A stretch of DNA of 64,000 nucleotides, from contig CAWBMV010000034.1 in NCBI GenBank assembly GCA_963789955.1, positions 544,001-608,000 of the forward strand, written 5' to 3'. Position numbers and translations under genes: made by a program. Positions within the stretch are counted from its first letter, which is position 1; each line of letters begins with the position of its first letter. Positions 45,816 through 56,268 of the stretch are shown piece after piece. The notes beneath the pieces are model-generated. The model was given only the letters and a program-made list of their open reading frames with translations, was not told the origin of the DNA and did not search any database. The DNA is from an uncultured Candidatus Rokubacteria bacterium. GTDB taxonomy: Bacteria; Methylomirabilota; Methylomirabilia; Rokubacteriales; CSP1-6.

Positions 45816-46433
45816 CTACCGACTCCGCTCGTCGCGCGCCAGCTCGCGCTGATCCTGACGAAGGTCGCCGCGGTCGTCACGCCGATCCCGCACGTCCTCC
45901 CGCAGCTCCCGCCGGTCACTCACGAGCTCGCGCCGGTCCTGACGGACCTCGTTGGTCCGGCCGGCCTTGATGTCCTGGTTCAGCTCCCGGCGGTCACCCG
46001 CCAGCTCGCGCCGATCCTGACGGACCTCGCGATTGTCGCGCCCGAGCTCCCGCCGGTCCTGGCGAACGTCCTGGCGGTCGCGCTTGACGGTCTGATCGTT
46101 TCGGAGGTCCCGGCGGTCCTTGTTCAAATCGCGCCGGTCGTCGCGCCGGTCGCGCACGTCCTCGCGAAGCTCGCGCTTGTCGCCGCGGATCTCCGCGCGG
46201 TCCTGCTTCACCTCGCCGGTCCGTCCGGCCTTCACGTCCTGACTGAGCTCCCGGCGGTCTCCCGCCAGCTCCCGGCGATCCTGGCGGATATCGCGGTTGT
46301 CTCCGTGCAGCTCCCGGCGATCCTGGCGTACATCCTGCCGGTCCTGTCTGACCCGCCCGTTCTGGGCGTCGGCGGCGCCGTAACCCAGCGCCAGCACTAC
46401 CGCTCCGATGGCCATCGTCGTCAGAGGCTTCAT
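45816..46433 (-). CDS. Exported Asp/Arg-rich heptad-repeat protein
   Basis: GGAGG RBS, signal peptide MKPLTTMAIGAVVLALGYGAADA, then repeated D-R-R-[ED]-L-x-x heptads. Confidence 0.8.
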   Translation of the reverse strand: MKPLTTMAIGAVVLALGYGAADAQNGRVRQDRQDVRQDRRELHGDNRDIRQDRRELAGDRRELSQDVKAGRTGEVKQDRAEIRGDKRELREDVRDRRDDRRDLNKDRRDLRNDQTVKRDRQDVRQDRRELGRDNREVRQDRRELAGDRRELNQDIKAGRTNEVRQDRRELVSDRRELREDVRDRRDDRGDLRQDQRELARDERSR

Positions 46434-46483
46434 CGGTCCCTCCGTCTGCTCGGAATCTGACCGCTTAAACCACTGATTGATTG

Positions 46484-46509
46484 GACGCATGGCGTATCCG
46501 ATCGTTTAC
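46484..46509 (-). promoter_or_regulatory. Candidate ECF-sigma promoter GTAAAC-N16-CGTC
   Basis: AAC (-35) and CGTC (-10) with a 16-nt spacer, 50 nt upstream of the first gene of the ECF operon. Confidence 0.6.
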
Positions 46510-46572
46510 GGCGGAGGTCCCCCAAAGGGGTCCGTTTCCGGACGCCTACGGACCCTTCGGGGGGTGGTATCT

Positions 46573-47276
46573 TCAGATGGCGAGCAGGGTGCCGGTGATG
46601 TGTCCGGAGGCTTCGCGGGCGAGCACGGCGATCGCGTCGGCAACCGCCTCGACCGGCACCCAGCCCTTCCGGTCGCTGTCCGGCATGGCGGCGCGGTTTG
46701 CAGGGGTATCCATGGTGCTGGGCAGCACGGCGTTCACGGTGATCCCGTGGGGGTGCGTCTCCTGGGAGAGCGCCTGGGTGAATGCGATCGCCCCGGCCTT
46801 GGCGACCGTGTAGGCGATGAAGCCCCCGGCCGGAGGCACGACCGCGCGGGAGGCGACCACGACGACCCGGCCGTAGCGGGCACGGATCATCGCGGGAACC
46901 ACCGCCCTGGTGACGCTGAAGACGCTCGTCAGGTTGAGATCGAGCATGCGCTGCCACGTCTCGAGCTCCGTCTCGACGAGCGAGCCTCCGGCGAAGCCGC
47001 CGACACCGGCCACGAGGATGTCGATCTTGCCGCGCGCCGCGACGACACTCTCGGCGAAGGCGGTCATGGCCTTGACGTCGATCACGTCGACGGACTGCAC
47101 GATCAGGCGCTGGCGGTCCGCGGCGGCCACCCGCTGGGTCAGCCGCTCACGCTCCGCTTCGACGGCGTACGGCACGGCGACGATCGCGCCGTCGGCGAGG
47201 AGCCGCAAGGTGACCGCCTGTCCCAGCGCCCCGGTCCCGCCGGTGACGACGGCGACGCGCCCGGCGAGGCGGTCAT
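46573..47276 (-). CDS. SDR family oxidoreductase (start codon out of frame by one base)
   Basis: DRLAGRVAVVTGGTGALG, YTVAK, NAVLPSTMDTPANR. ATG at 47276 fits if one G is missing. Confidence 0.85.
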
Positions 47277-47406
47277 TGTAGCGGGGACCGTGAGGCCGGC
47301 TTGGACCGAGGGTGGCCTGAGACAGGTGCGAGCCGGCTCCGTTGTAGCGGGGACCGTGAGGCCGCCTTGGACCGAGGGTGGCCTGAGACAGGCGCGGCGA
47401 AGCTCC
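47276..47406 (+). repeat. Two tandem 66-bp copies of the REP-like repeat
   Basis: TTGTAGCGGGGACCGTGAGGCCG(G/C)CTTGGACCGAGGGTGGCCTGAGACAGG starts at 47276 and 47342. Confidence 0.9.
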
Positions 47407-47470
47407 GCACGCCCGATTGTCTCGGATGTGCGTTCGTCGGCTCGGGACGGTTCACGGTCATTCCGATCAT

Positions 47471-48353
47471 TCAGAGCGGACGACATGATCGCGGAGCGCT
47501 GGATCTCGTCGTAGCGGACCTTGCTGACGTCGAACTCTTCGAGGTTCTCGCGCAGCTTCTTGAAGGTCTGCTCGAACGAGGGCAGGGTCTTGCGCGCGCG
47601 CGTGAGCGGCGTCGTGCGCGCGAGCAGATAGTTTTTCACGTAGGGGTGGTTGATCCCGCGCTTCTTGATCTTCGCGACGGCGACGCCGAGCGCCGCGTCG
47701 GCGGCGCGCACCATGTCGGCGCGCTCCGTCCTCGAGTCGAGGCCCTTGGGCAAGGTCTGCTTCAGGAACTTGTCGACCCGGCGGAGGATCGGCGCGAAGG
47801 CGCCGCCGGCGAACCGCTTGTTCTCTTCGTAGAGCAGGCCGAGCGTGATGAAGTGCGGCGCCTCGAACTGCGCGGCCCACTTCTCCTCGGTGGTGTCGGG
47901 ATCGTCCGTGACGAGCGCCCGGTACATCCGGATGACCTCGAGCGACTTTTCCTTGAGGTTGTGGGCCTTCTCGACGTTGAGGGGCAGCACCTCGAAGAGC
48001 ATCTCCGGCTCGACGACCAGAATGACCGGGATGAAGTCGGCCTTGAGCTTGTCGAGGACGGCGCGGCGATGATTCCCGTTCGGCGTCCAGTAGACGCCCG
48101 GCCGCGGCGAGATCGCCACGATCGGATCCACGAACCGGTCGAGACGCTTGATCGACTCGGTGAGCCGCTTGACGTGCGTCGGCGAGAGATCGCGCTGATA
48201 CGGGCTCGCCTCGCACTTGGCGCGGGGCAGGAGACCGAAGATCTGCCAGTGATCGCCGACGGGCTCCTGGTAGACCGCGAGAACCCGCCCGCCGTCTCGC
48301 TCGATCTGCGAGGCGAGCGCTTGCGCCGCTTTCGAGGGTTCTTGGTCAGCCAT
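47471..48353 (-). CDS. ParB/Srx N-terminal-domain protein (3' end uncertain)
   Basis: PYQRDLS..HVKRL..SI, DPIV, TPNGNHRR, LNVEKAHNLKEKSLEVIRM. As written it reads through into the repeats; a TGA at 47471-73 is one base out of frame. Confidence 0.75.
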
Positions 48354-48380
48354 GGCTCTCGCTCCTGCGTCGGGCGTACG

Positions 48381-48981
48381 TTAGCAAACCTTGCGGAGGA
48401 GAACCATCCACTCCTGCCCCTGCCGCGGTCTCACCGAGCGCGGCGCGTAGGCGCGCTCGATGCGAAACCCCGGAGCGAACAGGCGGCGCACTTCGCGCTC
48501 GGAGACCGGAAAGGGCGGGCCGGCGGCGCGCCGCCGCATCGGAAAGAAGCACGCCAGGAGCCAGCCGCCCGGCTTCAGGATCGCGCGCATCGTGCGGACG
48601 TACTCCGCGCGCCGCCGGGGTTCGATGGCGCAGAAGCACGTGTACTCCCAGATGCCGTCGAAGGCGTGCCCGTAGTCGAGGCCGAGCGTGAAGAGGTCGC
48701 GCTCGACGAACTCGGCGGTCACGTTGTCGGTCTTGGCGAGCGCGCGCGCCTCGGCGAGCGCGGTCGCGGAGAAGTCGAAGCCGACCGCGGCGTAGCCGCG
48801 GCGGGCCAGGAAGCGCACGTCGTGGCCGCGCCCGCAGCCCGGCACCGCGACGCGGCCGGGCGCCGAGCGGCGTGTGATCCATGAACTCGACGAGCGGCGG
48901 CGTCGGCTGGCGAATGTCCCAGCCGTCCGCTCCGCGCGCGTACAGATCGGTCCAGAAATCCGACGTGCTCACGCTGGCCAT
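48381..48981 (-). CDS. Thiopurine S-methyltransferase-like SAM methyltransferase (frameshift near 48860)
   Basis: FWTDLY..GWD, VPGCGRGHD, EYTCFCAI.P..R..Y, GPPF. Confidence 0.88.
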
Positions 48982-49613
48982 GAGACTCCTTCGAAATCCT
49001 CGACGGCGCGCTCGGCGCCGGCCGCGCGAAGCTCGGTCTCGGTGTGGGCGGTGCTCACGCCGATGGCCCGCATGCCGGCGCTTCGCGCGGCCTGCACGCC
49101 GACCACCGCGTCTTCGAAGACCAGACACTGCTCGGGCGCGACACCGAGCCGGCCGGCGGCGAGCAGGTAGACCTCGGGATCGGGCTTGCCGTGTCGGACG
49201 TCCTCGGCGGCCACGACGACCTCGAATCGGTCGCGCAGGCGCGCGCGAGTCAGGAGCGTGTCGACGTCGTGCCGCGAGGCGGAGGTGGCGACGGCGCGCG
49301 GCACGCTCCGCGCCGCGAGATCGGTGACGAACTCGGCGACGCCGCGAACCAGCGCCGGCCCGCCGCCGGCGAGCCGCCGGTAGTGCTCCTGCTTGCGCGC
49401 CGCCAGCCGCTGCGCCTCGGCCCACGACGTCTCGCGCCCCAGGAGCAACGGCACCGCCTCGACGCTCGGGCGGCCGATGGTCAGACGCCAGTAGTCGGGC
49501 TCGGCGGGGACCACGCCCAGCTCGTCGAGGAGCGCGCGCCAGGCCGCTCGATGGTGCGCTCCGGAGTCGATCAGCACGCCGTCCATGTCGAAGATGACAG
49601 CGCGCGTCGCCAC
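48969..49613 (-). CDS. HAD-superfamily phosphatase (beta-PGM-like)
   Basis: FDMDGVLIDS, ATS, GKPDPEVY, VFEDAVVG. Confidence 0.92.
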   Translation of the reverse strand: MATRAVIFDMDGVLIDSGAHHRAAWRALLDELGVVPAEPDYWRLTIGRPSVEAVPLLLGRETSWAEAQRLAARKQEHYRRLAGGGPALVRGVAEFVTDLAARSVPRAVATSASRHDVDTLLTRARLRDRFEVVVAAEDVRHGKPDPEVYLLAAGRLGVAPEQCLVFEDAVVGVQAARSAGMRAIGVSTAHTETELRAAGAERAVEDFEGVSWPA

Positions 49614-49615
49614 GC

Positions 49616-50245
49616 CTACCGGAGCCGGTAGAGGGGAGCCAGGGTGCGGAACGTCTCGAGCGCCGCCGAGCGGTACTGCGCCTCCGTCCAGCGCGCCGCC
49701 TCGTCGGCCGACACCGCCCGCCCGAGGACGAGCTGACCGTCGCGGGTCCGCGTGAGCTCGTCGGCCAGCTCCTCGAGCTTCTCCGGCGTGAAGTCGGCCA
49801 GCGGTGACGCCGGCTCCTCGTCGTGCTCGTTCTTGAACCACGCGAGATGCTTCACCCGCCGGAGCACCGGGCCGACCTTGGGCGCGTGCTTCTTCCACGT
49901 GCTCGCCCAGCGTCGCTTGTCGGCGTGCTCGGGGCCGATCTCGAAGAGAAAGCGCACGCAGTGACGCGAGACGGCGACCTTGAAGTGGCTGTGCTTCTTG
50001 TAGCCGCGAGCGTCGGGGCCGAAGGCGACCCACGTATCGTCCGGCGGGTTCACCGTGCGGCGCGCGTGCTGGGCGACGTGCGCGAACACTTCACCGCCGA
50101 CCGAGCGACCGACCGACGACGCCAGGCTCTCGCCGAACGCACCCAGCTTCGGGCGCACGCGCGCGCGGATCTCGCTCATGCGCGGTTTGAAGCCCTTCAC
50201 GTCGAAGATCCTGAAATCGCCTGCGACGAACGCTGGGGACGCCAT
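49616..50245 (-). CDS. DUF1054 (YktB-like) protein
   Basis: RVRPKL, HVAQHARRTVNPPDDTWVAF..RGYKKHSHF. Confidence 0.85.
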   Translation of the reverse strand: MASPAFVAGDFRIFDVKGFKPRMSEIRARVRPKLGAFGESLASSVGRSVGGEVFAHVAQHARRTVNPPDDTWVAFGPDARGYKKHSHFKVAVSRHCVRFLFEIGPEHADKRRWASTWKKHAPKVGPVLRRVKHLAWFKNEHDEEPASPLADFTPEKLEELADELTRTRDGQLVLGRAVSADEAARWTEAQYRSAALETFRTLAPLYRLR

Positions 50246-50403
50246 CGGTGCTCTCCTCGGGCTCAGAGGTCGACGGATCCGTCGAGAGTGGAGTCGGTCG
50301 GGTTCATCGCGAAACGAACCGATGATCGACCGTCGGCGCATGGACGTCAACTACGTTTTGCGGTGCCTCGATTGCTCGGCGGTGTGCGACCGCGAAGGTT
50401 ACT

Positions 50404-51558
50404 ATGAACGGTGACGAAAATGAGCGACGCGTGATTCGCGTCCTGCAGCTCTTGACGGCCACGGCGCTCGGCGGTGGTCCGCGCCAGGTCTTTCATCTCG
50501 TTCGTCACCTTCCCGGCGAGGAATTCGAGATCTCGGTCGCCGGTCCGTGGGATGAGCGGTTCGCCGCGGATCTCCGGACTCTCGGCATCGAGCTCGCTGA
50601 CGTCGCCGTGGACACGCTCCGTGCGTTCCCCCTGACGCTCCGCCGAGTCGTGCGCCTCATTCGCGATAGCCGTGCCGACGTCGTTCACACCCACGGCAAG
50701 GGTGCCGGCCTCTATGGTCGGCTGGGCGCGAAGCTGGCCGGCGTGCCCTCGGTGCACACGTTTCATGGCATCCACTATGAAAACTATTCCCGCGCGGGTC
50801 AGAACGCGTATCTGGCGCTCGAGCGATGGCTGGCCGGCCTCACCCATACCGTGATCAATGTGTCCGAGACACAGGAGACCGAAGCTCTGCGTCTGGGCGT
50901 GGCCCACCCAGGGCACAGCGCGGTCGTCGTGAACGGGATCGATGTCGACGAGCTGAACGCGCGGCCGGCCAGCACGCGAGCCCAGCTCGGGTTGACCGAC
51001 GACGACCAGGTCGTCGGCTGTGTGGCGCGGCTCGATCCGGTCAAGAACCACAGGGCTCTCGTCGATGCGCTCGCCCTCGTCCGCGAGCGGCATCCCAAGG
51101 TCGCGCTCCTGCTCGTGGGTGAAGGGCCGGAGAAAGGTCGGATCGAACAGCGCGCCGCCGAGCGGAACGTCCGCGTCGTCTTCAGTCCCGGCGCGATCGC
51201 GTGGAAAACCAACCCGTACTCGAGCTGCGACCTCTACGCCACCTCATCGTCAAAAGAAGGACTGCCGCTCGCCCCGCTGGAGGCGATGGCGTGTGAGCGC
51301 GCCGTGGTCGCGACGGACGTTCCCGGTCACCGGGACGTCGTGGATGAAACGACAGGCGTGCTGGTGCCACGAGAGGACGACGCGGCGCTGGCCAACGCCA
51401 TCGAGTCGCTCCTCGACGATCCGGCCCGGCGCCGGCGGATGGGGCAGGCGGGACGCCGCCGCGTGCTGGAGAAGTTTACGGTGCGGACGATGGTCGAGGA
51501 GACCGCCGTGGTGTACCGAGCGGCCGCAGCGTCTCGAAGGGTTACTCGTCGATCGTGA
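50404..51558 (+). CDS. Glycosyltransferase family 4
   Basis: GGGPRQV, VHTH, HTFHG, VVNGID, ARLDPVKNH, EGLPLAPLEAMA. Confidence 0.92.
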   Translation: MNGDENERRVIRVLQLLTATALGGGPRQVFHLVRHLPGEEFEISVAGPWDERFAADLRTLGIELADVAVDTLRAFPLTLRRVVRLIRDSRADVVHTHGKGAGLYGRLGAKLAGVPSVHTFHGIHYENYSRAGQNAYLALERWLAGLTHTVINVSETQETEALRLGVAHPGHSAVVVNGIDVDELNARPASTRAQLGLTDDDQVVGCVARLDPVKNHRALVDALALVRERHPKVALLLVGEGPEKGRIEQRAAERNVRVVFSPGAIAWKTNPYSSCDLYATSSSKEGLPLAPLEAMACERAVVATDVPGHRDVVDETTGVLVPREDDAALANAIESLLDDPARRRRMGQAGRRRVLEKFTVRTMVEETAVVYRAAAASRRVTRRS

Positions 51559-51748
51559 GACGGGGCGTCGCCGCGACGCCGAAGCGTCGCAGGCAGTAGA
51601 GGAGATCGCCGACGCAGCCCGTGCAGAGCCTCCCGGTACGCTCCTTGTCCGCCAGCGGCCAGGTTCCGGCGAGGCAGGCTTCGCGTAGCTGGCCGATCGT
51701 CAGGTTCGTGCAGTAGCACAGCAGCATCGACTCGACCGGCTCGCGCAT
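51542..51748 (-). CDS. Small BFD-like [2Fe-2S]-binding protein
   Basis: LCYCTNLT....TGRLCTGC matches the BFD CxC...CxxC spacing; TTGACA lies upstream. Confidence 0.65.
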   Translation of the reverse strand: MREPVESMLLCYCTNLTIGQLREACLAGTWPLADKERTGRLCTGCVGDLLYCLRRFGVAATPRLTIDE

Positions 51749-51847
51749 GCTCATCTGACGGCCCGACCACCGTACCGTGTCGTTTTCGGGGGTGTCAAGC
51801 CGCCGGGAGCAGGCGGCCGCGCGAGCCGGCGATGTTACAATCGCGGA

Positions 51848-52801
51848 GTGACTGATCTTTCGCTCGTGACGGGCGGCGCCGGCTTCATCGGTTCGCATCT
51901 CGTCGAGCGGCTCCTGGCGGACGGCGGTCGCGTCCGCATCCTCGACAACTTCTCGAGCGGCGCCCGGACCAACCTCGCCTTCGCGTCCAAGTACCGCCGC
52001 CAGCTCGAGGTCGTCCGCGGGGACATCCGGAATCTTTCGGTGGTGCTCCGCGCGGCGCGCGGCGCGCGCGTGATCTACCACCAGGCGGCGATGCGCTCGG
52101 TGCCCCGCTCGGTCAAGGACCCGCTCGGCGCCAACGACAACAACGTCAACGGCACCCTGAACGTGCTCGAGGCCGCGCGGCGCTGCAAGGTGCCGCGGGT
52201 CGTCTACGCGTCGTCGTCGTCGGTCTACGGCGATCGGCCGGAGCTCCCCAAGCGCGAAGATCAGCCGCCGGCGCCGGTGTCGCCCTACGCGGTGTCGAAA
52301 GCGGCCGGCGAGCAGTACGCCGCGGCGTGGACCCGTCTCTACAACGTCGAGACGGTCGGGCTCCGCTACTTCAACGTGTTCGGTCCGCGCCAGGACCCGA
52401 AATCCCAGTACGCGGCGGTCATCGCGCGCTTCATCCAGTGGGGCCTTCGGGGCCAGCCGCTCGAGGTGCACGGGGACGGCTCGCAGTCCCGGGACTTCAC
52501 CTACATCGACAACGTCGTCGAGGCCAACCTGCTCGCCGCCAAGGCGCCGGCCGCGGCCGGCGAAGCGTTCAACGTCGGCTGCGGAGAGCGCGTGAGCCTG
52601 CTGGACATCATCGCGAGGCTCGAGGCGCTCCTGGGCAAGAAGCTCGAGCGGCGTCATACGCCCACGCGCGCCGGCGACGTGCCGCACACGCTCGCCGATG
52701 TCTCCAAGGCCAAGCGGCTCATGGGGTACTCGCCGCTGGTCAATTTCGACGAAGGGTTCCGGCGGACGGTCGAGTACTTCAGGTCGTCGTCCAAGCGCTA
52801 G
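51848..52801 (+). CDS. NAD-dependent nucleotide-sugar epimerase/dehydratase (WbpP/VipB-like)
   Basis: TGGAGFIGSHL, SVPRSV, YASSSSVYG, PYAVSK, LRYFNVFGPRQDP. Confidence 0.93.
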   Translation: MTDLSLVTGGAGFIGSHLVERLLADGGRVRILDNFSSGARTNLAFASKYRRQLEVVRGDIRNLSVVLRAARGARVIYHQAAMRSVPRSVKDPLGANDNNVNGTLNVLEAARRCKVPRVVYASSSSVYGDRPELPKREDQPPAPVSPYAVSKAAGEQYAAAWTRLYNVETVGLRYFNVFGPRQDPKSQYAAVIARFIQWGLRGQPLEVHGDGSQSRDFTYIDNVVEANLLAAKAPAAAGEAFNVGCGERVSLLDIIARLEALLGKKLERRHTPTRAGDVPHTLADVSKAKRLMGYSPLVNFDEGFRRTVEYFRSSSKR

Positions 52802-52813
52802 GAGGATCGTCCG

Positions 52814-54305
52814 ATGCGGCACCTCGCCAAGCTCCTGCTCGTCGCGCTCGCCCTGCTGCCTCTCGCGTCTCCGGCCGCGGCGCCCGCAGCAGAATCTGGT
52901 GGTGCAGGCCGCGACCGAGCCACCCGGCCTCGATCTGACGGCGACGCCGGCGTCCGCCACCGCGGGCGTCGTCTTCTACAACGTGCAGGAGGCGCTCGTG
53001 AAGGTCGACCGCCACGGCAAGCTCGTGCCGTGGCTCGCCGAGAAGTGGCACACCTCGGACAACAAGAACTACACGTTCTTCCTGAAGAAGGGCGTCCGCT
53101 TCCAGAACGGACGCGAGATGAAGGCCGCCGACGTGAAGTTCGTCTTCGATCGGGCGATGAACCCGGAGACCAAGCACCCGGCGGTCAAGCAGTACGAGGT
53201 GATCGCCGACATCATCGTCAAGGACGACTACACGCTCACGTTCGCGCTCAAGACCACCAACGCCAATTTTCTCCTGACCATGGCGCGGCAGGGCTCCGTC
53301 ATCTATCCGCGCGAGGCCGTCGACACGCTCAAGAGCGAGCCCATCGGCACCGGGCCTTACAAGGTCGCCGAGTGGGTGCGCGGCGATCGGATCGTGCTGG
53401 CGAAGAACGCCGACTATCACGTGAAGGGGCTGCCCAAGCTCGACCGCGTCACCTACCGGTTCATCCCGGACCCGAACGCCGCGCTCGCCGCGCTCAAGGC
53501 GGGTGACGTCGACGCCACGATGTTCGGCCTGGGCCCGGAGCACATCCCGGATCTGCAGAAGGACCCGCGCTTCCAGGTGATCGTCGGCGAGACGACGAAC
53601 GACGTCATCATGTCGATGAACAACTCGCGCAAGCCGTTCACCGACGTGCGGGTGCGCCGCGCCGTCACCTACGGGATCAACAAGCCCGAGGTGGTGAAAG
53701 GCGCGATGTTCGGCTTCGGCCGCGTGCTCGGGACCAACGTCGATCCGCTCAATCCGTATTTCGTCGACATGTCCGGCGCCATGCCGTACGACCCCGCGAA
53801 GGCCAAGAAGCTCCTGGCCGAGGCCGGCTACCCGAACGGGTTCGAGGCCGTGCTGAAGGTTGCGCCCCAGTACTACTACACCGTGCGCACCGGCGAGGTC
53901 CTGGCCGACCAGCTCCAGAAGGTCGGCGTGAAGATCAAGATCGAGCAGATCGAGTGGGGCCAGTGGCTCTCGCGCGTGTGGAAGGACGCCGACTACGACC
54001 TCACGATCATCGGGCACGCCGAGGCGTGGGACGTCGCCAACTACGCGAACCCGAAATATTACTTCCGCTACGACAGCCCCGAGTTCCAGAAGATCTTCCA
54101 GGAATCCGAGGTCACCGTCGACGACAAGGCGCGCCGCGAGCTCTACGTGAAGATCCAGAAGAAGCTCGTCGAGGACGCGCCGGTCGTGTGGCTGTACATC
54201 CACCCCCGGCTGGTCGTGACCAAGAAGGGTCTGCAGGGCCTCTGGAAGGATCTGCCGGCCGGTGCCGGCGTCAACGATCTCTCCGAGGTCTCGTGGGTGA
54301 AGTAG
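52814..54305 (+). CDS. ABC substrate-binding protein, family 5 (frameshift near 52888)
   Basis: Signal peptide, PWLAEKW, FFLKKGVRFQNG, PIGTGPY, PFTDVRVRRA, YDPAKAKKLLAEAG. Confidence 0.92.
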
Positions 54306-54325
54306 CCCGGACTTCAAGGCTAGGC

Positions 54326-55270
54326 GTGCGGCGGTACATCGCCAGGAGGGTCGCGGCGTTCGTCGCGACCCTCTTCTTCGTCTCGGCCCTCGTGTTCGTC
54401 GTCGTCCGCGTCCTGCCCGGCGATCCCGCGCTCGTGATCATCGGCCCCGAGGGAAGCCCCGAGGCGGCGGCGCGCCTGCGCGAGGCGCTCGGATTGAACC
54501 GGCCGATCCTGGTCCAGTACACCGAGTGGCTTACGCGCGCGGTCCGCGGCGATCTCGGCGTCTCGCTCCAGTACGACGTGCCGGTGGGGCGCCTGATCGT
54601 GAGCCGGCTCCCGGTGACCTTGCCGCTCACCCTGATGGCGGCCGCGCTCATGGCCTCGACGGCGATCCCGCTGGGGCTCTACGCCGCGCGCCGTCACCGC
54701 CGCGCCGGCGACTACGTGGCGATGGTCGTCTCGCAGATCGGGATCGCGATTCCGGGGTTCTGGGCCGGTCTGCTCCTGATCTTGCTGTTCTCGGTGCATC
54801 TGGGCTGGGTGCAGTCGGGCGGCTTCGCCGGCTGGTCGAGCGGAGTCTGGCCGGGGGTGCGCTCGCTGCTGCTCCCGGCGATCGCGCTCGGATTTTTCCA
54901 GATGGCCGTCCTGGTGCGCGCCACGCGCTCCTCGGTGCTCGACGTGCTGCGCGAGGACTACGTGCGCACCGCGCGCGCCAAGGGGGTGAGCGAGCTCTCG
55001 GTCCTCGCCAAGCACACCTTGCGCAACGCCTTGATCCCGATCGTGACGGTGGCCGGCCTGCAGCTCGGCCAGCTGATGGCGGGCGCGATCATCCTCGAGT
55101 CGGTGTTCGCGCTGCCGGGGCTCGGACGCCTGGCCCTCGGCGCGATCACCGCGCGCGATCTGCCGGTCGTGCAGGGCGTGACGCTCTTCGTCGCCTCGAC
55201 GATCGTGCTGATCAACTTCGCGGTGGATCTCCTGTACGTCGTGCTGGATCCACGCATTCGGTATGAATAG
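54326..55270 (+). CDS. Peptide/nickel ABC permease (OppB/DppB-like)
   Basis: PGDPA, GDLGVS, EDYVRTARAKG, ESVFALPGLG, DPRIRYE. Confidence 0.92.
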   Translation: MRRYIARRVAAFVATLFFVSALVFVVVRVLPGDPALVIIGPEGSPEAAARLREALGLNRPILVQYTEWLTRAVRGDLGVSLQYDVPVGRLIVSRLPVTLPLTLMAAALMASTAIPLGLYAARRHRRAGDYVAMVVSQIGIAIPGFWAGLLLILLFSVHLGWVQSGGFAGWSSGVWPGVRSLLLPAIALGFFQMAVLVRATRSSVLDVLREDYVRTARAKGVSELSVLAKHTLRNALIPIVTVAGLQLGQLMAGAIILESVFALPGLGRLALGAITARDLPVVQGVTLFVASTIVLINFAVDLLYVVLDPRIRYE

Positions 55271-56092
55271 GATGCGGCGACGGCCGCTCCGGCACCTCAC
55301 GTTCACGCTCGGCGTCGCGATCACGGCGCTGCTGATCGTGACGGCGGCGCTGAGCCTCGTCTACACGCCGCAGGATCCGCTCGCGATGTCGATCACCGGC
55401 CGGCTCCAGGGCCCGTCCGGCGCGCATCTCTTCGGCACCGACCAGTACGGACGCGACATGCTCTCGCGCGTGATGACCGGCACCGTCATCTCCATCGCCG
55501 TCGGCGTGATCGCGGTCGGCATCGGCGCCGCCATCGGGATCGTGATCGGCATCGCGAGCGGCTACGTCGGCGGCTGGATCGACGAGGCGTTCATGCGGCT
55601 GGTCGACGCGATCCAGGGCTTCCCGGCGATTCTCTCCGCGCTCCTGTTCGCCGCGGTGTTCGCCCCCGGCATCGTGATCAGCATGGTCGCCATCGGCATC
55701 GCATTCGTGCCGGCGTTCGCGCGGCTGACCCGCGCGGGCTTCCTCGAGCTTCGCGCGCGCGAGTTCGTCGTCGCGGCCCGCGCGCTCGGCGCGCGCGACC
55801 GGCGGCTGATCGCGCGCCACATCCTGCCGAACACGCTGGCGCCGCTCATCGTCCAGGCGACGACGAGCTTTCCCGATCGCGATCCTCGCCGAGGCCGGAC
55901 TCGCGTATCTGGGTCTCGGGACGCAGCCGCCGCATCCGTCCTGGGGGCTGATGCTGCGAGAGGCGCAGAGCTTCCTGTCGCTGAACCCGTGGTTCGCCGT
56001 GTTCCCCGGGCGGCGCGATCGCCCTGACCGTGCTGGGGCTCAATCTCCTGGGCGACGGTCTGCGCGATCTGCTCGACCCGAGGACGGTGTGA
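55263..56092 (+). CDS. Peptide/nickel ABC permease (OppC/DppC-like; frameshifts)
   Basis: FGTDQYGRD, HILPN, EAGLAYLGLG, WGLML, NLLGDGLRDLLDPR. Confidence 0.9.
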
Positions 56093-56268
56093 CCCTGCCG
56101 TCGCGCGCGGACGGAATCGACTCGGGAAGTCGAAGACTTCCGCCTCACGGGCGCTAAGAAGATTGACTTTTCTGGAAATATGTCGGTATCGTAACGGTTG
56201 GTCTTGGCGCGGCCTGGTGGGAGTGTGGCGAGTCAGTCGAAGCGGCACGCCGTGGAGAGAGCACGACG

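Noticed and set aside
45756..46460. Plus-strand 234-aa hydrophobic repeat ORF
   Set aside because: It is the antisense shadow of the heptad-repeat gene. The minus-strand ORF has the RBS, signal peptide and operon context.
47276..47406. CRISPR array
   Set aside because: Only two adjacent 66-bp units with no unique spacers and no cas operon. Dispersed copies fit a REP-like family.
47139..47470. C-terminal repeat extension of the ParB-like protein
   Set aside because: It is a translation of the DNA repeats and runs over the SDR gene. A one-base slip near the TGA at 47471 explains it more simply.
50290..50414. Weak hairpin and tiny CxxC ORF between DUF1054 and the GT4 gene
   Set aside because: No recognisable riboswitch consensus, RBS or family similarity; too short to support.
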